Translations under genes and position numbers: made by a program | In this document: positions 34,891 to 47,279 of the stretch, one piece after another | How positions within the stretch are numbered: the stretch's first letter is position 1 | Layout of the letters: each line of letters begins with the position of its first letter | Source of the DNA: an uncultured Verrucomicrobiae bacterium | GTDB lineage: Bacteria; Verrucomicrobiota; Verrucomicrobiia; Palsa-1439 | Direction: 5' to 3' | Assembly: GCA_963812605.1 (NCBI GenBank) | Contig: CAWEWF010000010.1 | Location: 179,678-243,677 of the forward strand | Length of the DNA: 64,000 nt | The notes under the pieces: model-generated | Database searches by the model: none | Told to the model about the DNA's origin: nothing | Seen by the model: only the letters and a program-made list of their open reading frames with translations

Positions 34891-37847
34891 ACGTCTCGCT
34901 CAAACCCTACCAACAACGCGTCCTCGATTCGTTGCGCGATTTCTTGCGTGAGTGCGTCCGCACGAAGAATCCGAGCGGCGCGTTTGCGACAGTCACGCAG
35001 CGGCTTTTCGGGACCGCCCAACCCTACTTCCCGGTTCAAATACCAGAACTGAGCGGCTTGCCATATGTTTGCTTGCGGGTGCCAACGGGCGGCGGCAAGA
35101 CGCTCCTGGCATGCCACGCCGCCGGTATCGCGCAAAGTGATTTCGTCCAAGCCGACCGGTCAGTTGTGCTATGGCTCGTGCCCAGTAACACCATCCTGGA
35201 CCAAACGGCTCGGGCGCTGTCAGACAACCGGCATCCCTACCGGCGCGCCCTGGAAATGGGCGTTGGCGGGACCGTCGAAGTACTGGCGATTGACGAGGCC
35301 CTGCGTATGTCCCGCGCGACGGTGGACGGCCAGACCGTCGTCATCGTGGCGACAATCCAGAGTTTCCGGGTCGAGGACACAACCGGACGCAAGGTGTACG
35401 AAGATAACGGGTATTTGCAGGCGCACTTTGACGGCTGGCCGGAGCATCTACTAGCCGGTCTTGAACGCGGCCCCGACGGCAAACCGGTGCGCTCATTGGT
35501 CAATGCGCTGCGCTTGCGCCGTCCCATCGTAATTGTGGACGAAGCGCATAACGCGCGGACGGAACTTTCGTTTGCGACGCTCGGCAAAGTCCTGCCGTCT
35601 TGCATTATTGAATTCACGGCGACGCCCGCATTGGAACACAAGCCGTCGGTGGGGCGGTTCCCGTCCAATGTGCTCCACCGCACATCAGCAGCGGAATTAA
35701 AAGCGGCGGCGATGATCAAGTTGCCGTTGCGCGTCATCAACCGTGCTTCCAGCCAGAAGGAGGAGTTGCTGGCGGAAGCGGTGATATTACGGAGCGATCT
35801 CGAGAAAGTCGCGCTTACCGAGGGCCAGGCGACCGGCGAGTACATCCGTCCCATTTTGTTGATCCAAGCGGAACGCATTAGCGACACCGAGCCGTTGCGC
35901 GACCGAATGGTGAAGGAGTTGCGGTTGAGCGCGGATGAGATCAAGATTTCCACCGGCAGTCTTGACGAATTGAAGGACATCAAGGACATCGCCGCGCCGA
36001 ACTGTCCGGTTCGCCACATCATCACCGTGCAGAAGCTCGCGGAGGGCTGGGATTGTCCATTTGCCTATGCGCTGTGCACCTTGAAGGAGACACGGTCGGC
36101 CACAGCGATCGAGCAAATCGTGGGACGCGTGCTGCGGCTGCCGAATGTCGAGTTCAAGCGGCATGCCGAGTTGAATTGCGCGTATATTTTTTCGTGCTCG
36201 GATTCCCTGCCAACCGTGTTGGGCGAATTTCAGCACGCCCTGGAATTGAATGGTTTCACACCAGCGGAGGCGGAGCAGATTATCATTCCGGCGTCTTCGC
36301 CGAATCTGCCCCTTGGTGTCCAACCGAGATCAGTGACCGTCGATCCGTCGAAGGATTTTGACACGACGCTTGTGAAAGCAAATGCGCCTGAGTTGATCGG
36401 CAAGGTAGCATTCGATACCGAGACTGGGACGATCCGGGTGCTGGCGCCCCTGACGGACGACGAAGAAAAAGCGTTGTACGCTTGCTTGCGAACCGATGAG
36501 GCCCGTAAGAAAGCTGCCTCGGTTGTGCGCGAGGTCGCGAAAGCAGCGGAGACATTCGGCGCAAGCAAACCAAAAGCGGCGACCGGTTATGAGAAGCAGG
36601 TAAGTTTTATCGTTCCCCTGCTCGCTCTCCGGCAGAACGATCTGCTTTGGGAGTTTGACAAGACGGACCTGCTGGAACGGGAGTGGAAGCTTTCCGAGAA
36701 AGACGCAACCATCAGCGAAACCCTGTATTCAAGCAAGCGGCCCACGGGCGATCTGGCGGAAATCGACGTGGAGGCCACTGGCAGGGTTAAAGTGCAGCAG
36801 GTCCACGAAGCCCGACCCGAAGATTTCGTTGGTAAATTACATCAACAGGTTTGGGCCATCGCGAGCGAGCAGAACTGGACAGCCGAAGACCTGATTCAAT
36901 GGCTGGACCAGCACGTCGAGCACCGCGACATTCCCGCCAACGAATCGGCGGAGTTTCTCCGCAAGGTAATACAGGGGTTATTGAGCAGCCGGGGTTTTGC
37001 GGACATTGGCGCGCTCGTATTGGATCGGCACCGGTTGCGCGATGCCGTCGCGCATAAAATTGACGAGCACCGTCGGACGGAACACACCCAGGCATTCCAC
37101 GACCTACTTTCGTCCGCGTCGGGCCTGGTGGTGTCGCCTGAGAAAGCAGTTGATTTCTCAAAAATCATCTACGACCCAAGTTGGTGGTACGACGGTGCGT
37201 TTCAATTCCAAAAGCATTACTTCGGCAAAGTTGGTGAGTTGAAATCGGGTGGTGAAGAGTATGAGTGCGCGATGTTCCTCGACGGCTTGGACGACGTGAA
37301 GTACTGGGTCAGGAATCTGGCCAAGCGCCCCACGGCATTTTCTCTGCAAACTTCCACGGATCGCTTTTACCCAGACTTTGTTTGCTTGCTGAAAGACGGG
37401 CGGGTATTGGTCGTGGAGTACAAGGGCAAGGATCGCTGGGATGGCATCGACGCGACAGAGAAACGCGCGATTGGCGCGGTTTGGGAGGGGCGAAGCCGAG
37501 GTAAGTGCCTCTTTTTAATGCCTGAGGGCAAAGACTTTCAAAGCATATCGAAGAAAATAGCGGGGCAAAGCGCGGTGGATTCGGCTGCAAAAGAGGCTAC
37601 ATTAGATACAAGAAGTATGCCCGGCATTGGCAAAAACATTGAGGTTTGTGGCGGCGTGGCCAGAATCGCTGGAACTCGGATTCCGGTTTGGGTCTTGGTG
37701 CAGGCGCGACGACTGCACATGGACGATGCGGAGATTCTCAGGAATTATCCGAGTCTTAGCGCCAAAGAATTGGAGCAAGCCTGGGAATACGCTGAAACAC
37801 ATCAGGCCGAGATTGATGAGGATGTCCGATCCAACGAGAACGCCTGA
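34887..37847 (+). CDS. res: Type III restriction endonuclease (Res) read in frame into a C-terminal DUF433 domain
   Basis: PTGGGKT, DEAH, TATP, EGWD, QIVGRVLR, PDF..VEYKG nuclease; tail CGGVARIAGTRIPV..YPSL..AWEY from 37617 is DUF433-like. Confidence 0.88.
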   Translation: MNVSLKPYQQRVLDSLRDFLRECVRTKNPSGAFATVTQRLFGTAQPYFPVQIPELSGLPYVCLRVPTGGGKTLLACHAAGIAQSDFVQADRSVVLWLVPSNTILDQTARALSDNRHPYRRALEMGVGGTVEVLAIDEALRMSRATVDGQTVVIVATIQSFRVEDTTGRKVYEDNGYLQAHFDGWPEHLLAGLERGPDGKPVRSLVNALRLRRPIVIVDEAHNARTELSFATLGKVLPSCIIEFTATPALEHKPSVGRFPSNVLHRTSAAELKAAAMIKLPLRVINRASSQKEELLAEAVILRSDLEKVALTEGQATGEYIRPILLIQAERISDTEPLRDRMVKELRLSADEIKISTGSLDELKDIKDIAAPNCPVRHIITVQKLAEGWDCPFAYALCTLKETRSATAIEQIVGRVLRLPNVEFKRHAELNCAYIFSCSDSLPTVLGEFQHALELNGFTPAEAEQIIIPASSPNLPLGVQPRSVTVDPSKDFDTTLVKANAPELIGKVAFDTETGTIRVLAPLTDDEEKALYACLRTDEARKKAASVVREVAKAAETFGASKPKAATGYEKQVSFIVPLLALRQNDLLWEFDKTDLLEREWKLSEKDATISETLYSSKRPTGDLAEIDVEATGRVKVQQVHEARPEDFVGKLHQQVWAIASEQNWTAEDLIQWLDQHVEHRDIPANESAEFLRKVIQGLLSSRGFADIGALVLDRHRLRDAVAHKIDEHRRTEHTQAFHDLLSSASGLVVSPEKAVDFSKIIYDPSWWYDGAFQFQKHYFGKVGELKSGGEEYECAMFLDGLDDVKYWVRNLAKRPTAFSLQTSTDRFYPDFVCLLKDGRVLVVEYKGKDRWDGIDATEKRAIGAVWEGRSRGKCLFLMPEGKDFQSISKKIAGQSAVDSAAKEATLDTRSMPGIGKNIEVCGGVARIAGTRIPVWVLVQARRLHMDDAEILRNYPSLSAKELEQAWEYAETHQAEIDEDVRSNENA

Positions 37848-38194
37848 TGACGCGATTTTATTCGAACGAGAATTTTCCCCAAGGAACAGTTGAGGCGCTC
37901 AGGCAACTGGGACACGATGTTTTGACATCGCATGACGCGGGCAAGTCCCGACAGGCTATCCCCGACGAAGACGTCCTCGGATTTGCCACGACTGAAAATC
38001 GAGTGCTTTTGACACTTAACAGAAAAGACTTTATCCATCTTCACAAGAACGTCCAGGGCTCCCATCCTGGAATAATTGTTTGCACTCAAGATGCGGATTA
38101 CCTTGGTCAAGCCCAACGAATCGATGCCGCGACTGCCGAACATGCAATTCTCGACGGGAAATTGATACGAGTGAATCGACCGAACCGAGCCTAG
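37847..38194 (+). CDS. DUF5615 PIN-like toxin (VapC45-like)
   Basis: RFYSNENFP, LRQLGHDV, IPDEDVL, RVLLTLNRKDF, HPGII; TGATG coupling. Confidence 0.85.
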   Translation: MTRFYSNENFPQGTVEALRQLGHDVLTSHDAGKSRQAIPDEDVLGFATTENRVLLTLNRKDFIHLHKNVQGSHPGIIVCTQDADYLGQAQRIDAATAEHAILDGKLIRVNRPNRA

Positions 38195-38255
38195 CGGCGA
38201 TTATCAGTCGTCTTCTGTACTTGTAAGGTAGAATTGTCCGCATCGTCAGCCGGGA

Positions 38256-38445
38256 GGCGGTTCGCAGTTCTGGATTTTGGCGGCGAACGGCGGCACGCGG
38301 GCCGCGTGCCCTACAATTCGGCGCAGGCGCGGTGCCCGTTCCTTGGCCCCTTGGCTACTTGGCTACTGTTTCCCCGCCCGCGCCGTCCTCCCCCATCCCT
38401 CCCGCCAAAACCGAGAACCGTCAACCGCAAACTGCGACCCAGCGG
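38256..38445. repeat. C-rich repeat cluster with CCGCCAAAA/heptamer motif in both orientations
   Basis: 38360-38420 is nearly identical to 41205-41268; inverted copy at 38256-38285. Confidence 0.75.
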
Positions 38446-38623
38446 AACTCGCCCCCCGCGTTAATAAAAACAGGAAGAAGGGTCAGTCCCGCATAATCGC
38501 ATATTTCCAAACAAACCTTGCCGCCCCGACTCGTCCGCAATAGCATGAACTGCACTGGCTGCGCTACCCGCCGCGATGTAGTCGTCGCGGCAACCGAGCC
38601 ATCCCACTGCGACGCCCGATTCC

Positions 38624-38932
38624 TTACCCGCGCTCTTCGCTCGAGTAGATGACCACCCCTTCACGGGCGATCTTCTCCTTGAGCCGCGGATTGGTTGCCT
38701 GCTCGGGACGCACCACGTCGAGTTCGTAAATAAGCGGAGCATTTTCCACCGCTTGGCAGATGTCCGCCCATTCCGCCGTCGTCGCGTTCGGCGCGGAGAT
38801 GGCCAGGTCCAGATCGGAAGCCCGGCGCGCCGTGTCCGTCGCGCGCGAGCCGAACACCTTCACCTCGCGCACCGCCGGAAAACGGCGGAAAGTTGTCCGC
38901 AACGCCTCAAGCTCCTTGGCGCGCAGCTTCAT
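38624..38932 (-). CDS. Minimal nucleotidyltransferase (MNT) antitoxin
   Basis: FGSRA-x8-DLDLA (GSx10DxD), IAREGVVIY tail. Confidence 0.88.
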   Translation of the reverse strand: MKLRAKELEALRTTFRRFPAVREVKVFGSRATDTARRASDLDLAISAPNATTAEWADICQAVENAPLIYELDVVRPEQATNPRLKEKIAREGVVIYSSEERG

Positions 38933-38936
38933 TCGC

Positions 38937-39341
38937 CTACTCCCACGCCAGCCCCTGAATCCGTTCCGCCATGCGCCGCAACAACGGCGCATAATCCTGC
39001 GCGATATGCTGATAGATCCGCTGCGCCAGTGCTTCGTCATACGCATGACTGGTCAGGTTCCGATCGTCCAGCATTTGCAGCCACACGTCCGCCTCTTCGG
39101 GCGACTGGATCAGGCCCTCGGAAAAGGATTTCTTCAACGTCGCCCGCGGGCTCCCACACTCCAGACCCCGATGTTCAAGGTAAAGCTGCAGAGCCTTCCA
39201 TGTGAGTTCAAAAGTGAACTCAAACCGTTGAATCACCGCGTCCCGAACGATGGAACTTTCCGCTTGCGTCACCGCCTCTTGCAACCGCGCCACCGCGTTC
39301 TGCACCTCAGCCCGACGCTCCGCGAATCGCTGTTGGCTCAT
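38937..39341 (-). CDS. HEPN-domain protein (HI0074 family)
   Basis: RDAVIQRFEFTFELTWK, SPR, RNLTSH (Rx4H) followed by AY. Confidence 0.9.
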   Translation of the reverse strand: MSQQRFAERRAEVQNAVARLQEAVTQAESSIVRDAVIQRFEFTFELTWKALQLYLEHRGLECGSPRATLKKSFSEGLIQSPEEADVWLQMLDDRNLTSHAYDEALAQRIYQHIAQDYAPLLRRMAERIQGLAWE

Positions 39342-39712
39342 GGGTTCACAACCCCTAATTTTCTCTCCAGCATCCCCCGAACAGTACCCCGTCACACCCC
39401 TACCAGCAAGCTATTGTAGGCCGTATGCCCCCCACATGTCGCCAGCTTGTCCGCCAGAGCACGATGTGCAACGGCGGACTTGTCTCGCTACAGCACAACG
39501 CGCGACGGCGGAAGCCGTCCGATAAATGCACCTCTTCTGCCGTCCTACCGCCATCCCGCAGCCAATCCGCCAATCCAAAATCCTAAATCCAAAATCGGCA
39601 ATTCGCCTACTGGTTACTGCCTCCCGCCAACCCGCGAACCATCCAGCCCATCAGGCGCATCAAAGACGAGTGATGGAACAAAGCTGTGCTTACTGTCTAA
39701 AGGAGATTCAAC

Positions 39713-40303
39713 ATGTTAAAACTGAGCGACGACGGCCTGGACCTGATCTTTCGTGATGCACGGACCCACAGCAACTGGCTTGACCAGCCTGTTGACGACG
39801 CGCTGCTTGCCCAGGTCTACGACCTCGCCAAGATGGGGCCCACTTCCGCCAACATGTGCCCGATGCGGCTGATATTCGTCAAATCGAAGGCGGCGAAGGA
39901 GAAGCTAAAACCCGCCCTGTCACCACCCAACGTGGACAAAACCATGGCCGCGCCCATCACGGCCATCATCGGCATGGACATCCACTTCTATGAGAAACTG
40001 CCCATGCTGTTTCCGCATGTGGACGCCAAGGCCTGGTTCAAGGATTTGCCCGAGAACGTGCTGGAATACATCGCCCTGCGCAATGGCTCCCTGCAAGGCG
40101 CCTACTTCATGCTGGCGGCCCGTTCGCTCGGCTTGGATTGCGGGCCCATGTCCGGCTTCGATAACGCGAAGGTCGACGCCGCGTTCTTCGCAGGAACGAC
40201 CGTCAAATCAAACTTCCTCTGCAACCTCGGTCACGGCGACCCAACCAAGCTCCATCCCCGCGGCCCCCGTCTCAGCTTTGCAGAAGCCTGCCAGATCGCC
40301 TGA
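39713..40303 (+). CDS. rutE: Nitroreductase family, malonic semialdehyde reductase-like
   Basis: [40 protein letters not shown]; SD AAGGAG. Confidence 0.85.
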   Translation: MLKLSDDGLDLIFRDARTHSNWLDQPVDDALLAQVYDLAKMGPTSANMCPMRLIFVKSKAAKEKLKPALSPPNVDKTMAAPITAIIGMDIHFYEKLPMLFPHVDAKAWFKDLPENVLEYIALRNGSLQGAYFMLAARSLGLDCGPMSGFDNAKVDAAFFAGTTVKSNFLCNLGHGDPTKLHPRGPRLSFAEACQIA

Positions 40304-40315
40304 TTCGAAAATCTG

Positions 40316-40403
40316 TCACCGTCAACAGCTTCCGTTCAACATCCGTCTCAATCACAATCATATTCTAATAAGCCTTTGGTGGCACAGGCGTCCCTGCCTG
40401 TGA
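40316..40403 (-). pseudogene. Truncated duplicate of the 5' end and upstream repeat of the 40585-40950 gene
   Basis: 40316-40403 closely matches 40904-40993 (GTCACCGTCAAC...ATCCGTCTCAATCACAATCATATTCTAA...GGCGTCCCTGCCTGTGA). Confidence 0.7.
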
Positions 40404-40584
40404 GCGTCGTCCCCGCCGCGCCGGCCGCGCCGCCTCGTTGGTAGGAGCGGCTCGGAGCTTGCCCTGAGTCGGACCGAAGGGACTTTCGCCGTCCGCCCTT
40501 TGTCATCCCGAACCTGTCGAGGGATCTCTGTCGTCTTCTGGTCGCCCGACGCCGCCTCTCCCGTCCACTTTCCGCTCTCCGCTT

Positions 40585-40950
40585 TCAATTCCCCAACACC
40601 CTCATCGCTTCCTCCATCGTCTCAACCGTCACGATAGCGACATCAGGCCGGTAATGAAACATAGACATCACTCCAAACCCAATATCCTTCTTCGGATCAG
40701 GAACGATTCTCACCACCGTCGACACGCCCCGGCAATCAATCAAATCCATCGCCTGATCAATCAACGGCGCACACGCCACATCCATCGACTCCAACCCGCC
40801 GAGATCGGTCAACAATCGGAACCCAGGCTCCAACCGCGCCAACCCGTCCTCAATTTGCTTCAAGGCCGGCCCAAACTCCCCCGGCATCACCTGCCCGCAA
40901 TACGTCACCGTCAACAAATTCCGCTCAACATCCGTCTCAATCACAATCAT
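40585..40950 (-). CDS. Hypothetical STAS/SEC14-like small protein
   Basis: LLTVTYxG..FRLLTDL..VVRIVPD..TMEEA pattern; strongly G/T-rich coding strand. Confidence 0.6.
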   Translation of the reverse strand: MIVIETDVERNLLTVTYCGQVMPGEFGPALKQIEDGLARLEPGFRLLTDLGGLESMDVACAPLIDQAMDLIDCRGVSTVVRIVPDPKKDIGFGVMSMFHYRPDVAIVTVETMEEAMRVLGN

Positions 40951-41358
40951 ATTCTAAAAAGCCTTTTGGTGGCGCAGGCGTCCCTGCCTGTGACCATGGA
41001 TCTTCACTGCCCTGCATGCTTTTGGTATGGCGGGCTGGCCGGCCCGCCTTCATCACGCCGCAAATTATACCCCAAGCATCACAATTTGTAATAAACGAAA
41101 TTGTAAGGCAAGCGCCCCGCTCGCCGCTCTCTTCTCAAATCTCCAATCCTCAAATCCAAAATCTAAAATCGCCCCTTCCTCTCCGCCCCTCGGCTACTCG
41201 GTTACTGGCTGCTGTTTCCCCGCCCGCGCCGTCCTCCCCCCATCCCTTCCGCCAAAACCGAGAACCTAGAACCATGAACCCCGAACCCATCCCCGCTTCC
41301 CACTTTCCGCTTCCCTCTTTCTCCTGTCATCCTCCCACCGTGCTCTCCGTCGCAACCC

Positions 41359-43639
<2,281 letters not shown>

Positions 43640-43643
<4 letters not shown>

Positions 43644-44863
43644 ATCCGCGACCGATTATCGTGGTGTTCGTCGTGGCGTTGCTCGTGCGACTGGGTGTCG
43701 TGTTGCTGCTGTTGCCACAATTGCTGCCGGACCAAAACCCGGATTTCTACCGTGAACTTGGGCGAAACGTGGCCGCAGGAAAGGGCTTTGTCGCTACCGC
43801 ACCGGATGGACGCGAGCTGCCGAACATCAACCGGCCGCCGGGCTATCCGTTGTTCCTGGCGGGATTGATGAAGATCGCCGGCGACCGCCTCGGTGTGCTG
43901 CTGGTCGCCAACTGCGTGCTGGCCGCCGTCAGCTGCGCATTAACAGTGGTCCTGGCCTCGCACTGGTTGAAATCGGGGGCCGCGATGGTCGCCGGGCTGT
44001 TGACAGCCGTGGAACCAAACTCCGTGCTGCGCTGCTGCCTGGTCATGACGGAAACATTGTTCGTGTCGTTCTTGTTGGCGGGACTCTGCGTGCTGGTTTG
44101 GCGGCGCGAGAAGAATTACGCTTGGGGACTTTGCGGCCTCCTGTGGGGATTGGCGACATTGTGCCGCGCTGTCGCGATGTGGTTGCCGTTGGTCGCGTTG
44201 GCCGCGGCGCTCCTGTGGCGAATGCGCCCGCGACACGTCATCTTTTTCCTGGTCGGCTTCCTGCCGTTGGTCGGATTATGGATCGGGCGGAACGAGCTCT
44301 TGACCGGCCACTTTTTTTTCAGTTCATCAGGGCGGAATGTCCTGGTGACCGGCTGGGCAGCCAGCTTGGAAGCGGAACGCACCGGGATTTCCGTCGATCA
44401 GGCGCGGGAACAGTTGCTCGAACGCACCGGTTCCATCGAATTCTTCGACGGGCGGGAAAATTTCGACAAGACGCAGCAGAAACAAGCAAAGGTCCTCCAT
44501 GAAATACTGGGAGCCGCGCCCTGGCGGCTGGCGGCGGAAATGGTTTGGGGCACGGGCCAGACGCTCGTGGGGCCTGGCGGCCGAATGTTGGCGGCCTTTC
44601 TGCGCGACCCCAAACCAACACCGCGCTGGTGGCAAATTTCGTACATGGGGATGTTGCTGACATTGGTGGGATTCGCGGCTTGCGGAGCGGTCCGGCGGGG
44701 ACGCGAACTTGCGCTCCTGACGATTCTGGTGCTGTACTTCGTCGCGCTCAGCGCCGGCCCGTTCGGCAACAGTCGGTTCCGCTATCCCATCATCCCTCTG
44801 CTGGCGATCCTGGCGGTGGCAGGGTGCGCGAAGAAGAACAAGGACCCGGTGGATGCAGCATAA
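43640..44863 (+). CDS. GT-C membrane glycosyltransferase (ArnT/PMT_2-like)
   Basis: RPPGYPLFLA, MTETLF, RN, SRFRYP; many TM helices. Confidence 0.75.
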
Positions 44864-45521
44864 TCTCTTCATCACGGGAACTGACACCGCTGTCGGTAAA
44901 ACGCACGTCACTGCGGCGCTGCTGGCCGAGTTGCGGCGGCGCGGCGTGTCCGCCGGGGCGTTCAAGCCCATCGCCTGCGGTCCGGGCGGACGACACGACG
45001 CGGAAATCTATGCGGCCATCATGAATCACGAACAGCCGCTCGACGTGATCAATCCCGTTTACCTGCGCCATCCGCTCGCGCCAAGCGTCGCGGCGAAAAT
45101 TGAGCGCCAACGCATCGACCTCCGCAAGATTCTCCGAACCTACCGGCAACTCGCCGCCAACTATTCCGTGGTTCTCGTCGAAGGCGCCGGTGGCCTCCTC
45201 GTCCCCATCCGCGAGAATTATTTCGTAGCCGATCTCGCCAAAGCGTTGAAACTTCCGCTGGTGATCGTCGCGCGCCTCGGCTTGGGCACGATCAATCACA
45301 GTTTGCTGACCGTGCGCCAGGCCAACGCGTCCGGATTGAAGATCGCCGGTCTCGTGCTCAATGACATGGCAGGTGTCCGGCATGGCCTGGCGGAGAAGAC
45401 GAACATCCGCATCCTGCCAAAACTGTGCAAAGTCCCGCTGCTCGCCGTGGTCCCGCACGGCAAAAACGGCCTCCCCGCCGCCGCCCGCCGAATCTGCGAT
45501 CAACTTTTCGTGCGCCATTGA
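44853..45521 (+). CDS. bioD: Dethiobiotin synthase
   Basis: FITGTDTAVGKT, KPIACG, APSVAA, EGAGG, LGTINH. Confidence 0.95.
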   Translation: MQHNLFITGTDTAVGKTHVTAALLAELRRRGVSAGAFKPIACGPGGRHDAEIYAAIMNHEQPLDVINPVYLRHPLAPSVAAKIERQRIDLRKILRTYRQLAANYSVVLVEGAGGLLVPIRENYFVADLAKALKLPLVIVARLGLGTINHSLLTVRQANASGLKIAGLVLNDMAGVRHGLAEKTNIRILPKLCKVPLLAVVPHGKNGLPAAARRICDQLFVRH

Positions 45522-45618
45522 GAGGCCAGGAGTCGTTGGTAGGGACGGCTCTCCGAGCCGTCCGCATCCGGCGCCTCCAGCAAAAAATGGCTCGCCGTCC
45601 GGCGGTTACAGGAATTGA

Positions 45619-47112
45619 TTATGGGTGGCGTTGCTCAAGAAGCATCAGGTTGTGTCTGGCGTCGATAAGTTGCGGATTCAGGGCAAGGGCGCGCTGAAAC
45701 TCTACCCGCGCTTCTGCTTCCTTGTTTTCCATGAAATAAACCGCGCCGAGACGCTCATGCGCCTCGGCAAAATTGGGCTTCAATTCGATGGTTTTCTCCA
45801 GGTAACGCGTGGCCATCGGCCAATCGTGATCGGTGAGGGAACAGCCCGCAAGGCTGTAGTAGCCAATGGCCGACCGCGGATTCTTCCGCACACAATCGCT
45901 CCACAAAGTTTTCGGATCGCGCCAATCCGGCAGGCGCACGAGCGTCAACCCGACCAGGCAGATGCCCGACAGCGGGCCGACGACGGCTAGGACTGCGCGG
46001 TTCTTCTGCAACCACTGGGCGATCACCAGGAAAATCCCGAGCGCCGCGACATACAGGTATCGGTCCGCCCGCACCGTCGGATGCGGCACGATTTCCAATA
46101 CGGGCACGAGGCAAATCAGAAACCAACCGAGGCCGAAAACAGTCCAGCGCCGCAAGGTTGGCCCGCGCCAGACCAGGATCGCCCACGCCACGAGCCACAA
46201 CAGCGTCACGACGACGCCGGTATTGACGATACTATTGGCCGTGGTCTCGGTGTAGTGATTGCTCAGATGCATGGGCCAGAACAGCGTGTCGAGATATTCG
46301 CCGACCACCTTGGTCATCGTCAAAACCCCCTCGGACAAACTTCGAAACGGGCTCGCCAGTTGACCGGATCGCGCGTGTCCGAGGATGCGCATCAGGGCCG
46401 CAAAACCCGCCGGCACGAAAAACAGCCAGGTGCGTTGCAAACCCCGAGAAAATTTCTGCCGGCGCAAGCACATCTCATAGAGCAGGAGCAATACGGGCAT
46501 GATGATGACCAGCGAATGGGCGAGCACCGCCAGGATGAACAGCGCCAACGCGGTGAAACGCCACCAAATTGCCGACGGCTTCCCTCCCGATTCATCGACC
46601 CGCAGATACGCCAGCCACGCCAGCAGGAAGAGGCAGGCGCCAAGAACATTTTTGCGCTCGGCAATCCAGGCGACGGTTTCGACCTGGACCGGATGCCACG
46701 CGAACCACGCCCCGGCCAGCAAGGCGACGGCCGATGCCCTTGTCCATCGCCACACGAGCAACACGACCAGGAACGCATTCAACCCATGCAACAAAGTTTG
46801 CGTCACATGATACCCAAAGAACTGGCCACGCCACACCCAGTGATCGAGCGCCAGACTGATGTAGGTGAGCGGATAATAATCCGTGGAAAAAGGCGCGGTG
46901 AAAACCTGCTTCAATCCCGCCGCCACGGGCATTACGACGAGCGGGTTCTGCAACACATTTACATCGTCGTCCCAGTAGAGCATCTGGTCATGCCAGGTCG
47001 CCGCAAAGAGCGCGACGGTGAGCAACCCCAATGCGAGCGCCGCCAGTATGATGCCACGCGGCATGCGGTCGCCCGCACCCGGCATTTCATCGCTTGGCAC
47101 CGCTGACGTCAC
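45619..47112 (-). CDS. TMTC-like membrane glycosyltransferase with C-terminal TPRs
   Basis: WDD, YYPLT, HPVQVETVAWIAERK, ADRYLY, TPR tail; GTG start 8 nt after TGTTATACT. Confidence 0.78.
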   Translation of the reverse strand: MTSAVPSDEMPGAGDRMPRGIILAALALGLLTVALFAATWHDQMLYWDDDVNVLQNPLVVMPVAAGLKQVFTAPFSTDYYPLTYISLALDHWVWRGQFFGYHVTQTLLHGLNAFLVVLLVWRWTRASAVALLAGAWFAWHPVQVETVAWIAERKNVLGACLFLLAWLAYLRVDESGGKPSAIWWRFTALALFILAVLAHSLVIIMPVLLLLYEMCLRRQKFSRGLQRTWLFFVPAGFAALMRILGHARSGQLASPFRSLSEGVLTMTKVVGEYLDTLFWPMHLSNHYTETTANSIVNTGVVVTLLWLVAWAILVWRGPTLRRWTVFGLGWFLICLVPVLEIVPHPTVRADRYLYVAALGIFLVIAQWLQKNRAVLAVVGPLSGICLVGLTLVRLPDWRDPKTLWSDCVRKNPRSAIGYYSLAGCSLTDHDWPMATRYLEKTIELKPNFAEAHERLGAVYFMENKEAEARVEFQRALALNPQLIDARHNLMLLEQRHP

Positions 47113-47166
47113 GGACGGAGAGTATAACAACGGCAGCAAGCAACCAGCAAGAACGGTGCGCTCACA

Positions 47167-47256
47167 AGCCTTTGGTGGCACAGGCGTCCCTACCTGCAAT
47201 GATGGACATTCACCGCGTTCCGGAAAGCCTTGGTGGCACAGGCGTCCCTGCCTGTG
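47167..47256. repeat. Two tandem copies of the AGCC(T)TTGGTGGCACAGGCGTCCCTRCCTG REP-like repeat
   Basis: Same family at ~29020, 40371, 40960 and 48913. Confidence 0.8.
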
Positions 47257-47279
47257 TCGATGAATATGTCATACCAGCA

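Noticed and set aside
41016-41358. N-terminal extension of PriA in the 875-aa ORF
   Set aside because: It translates C-rich intergenic repeats. PriA similarity starts near 41360-41390.
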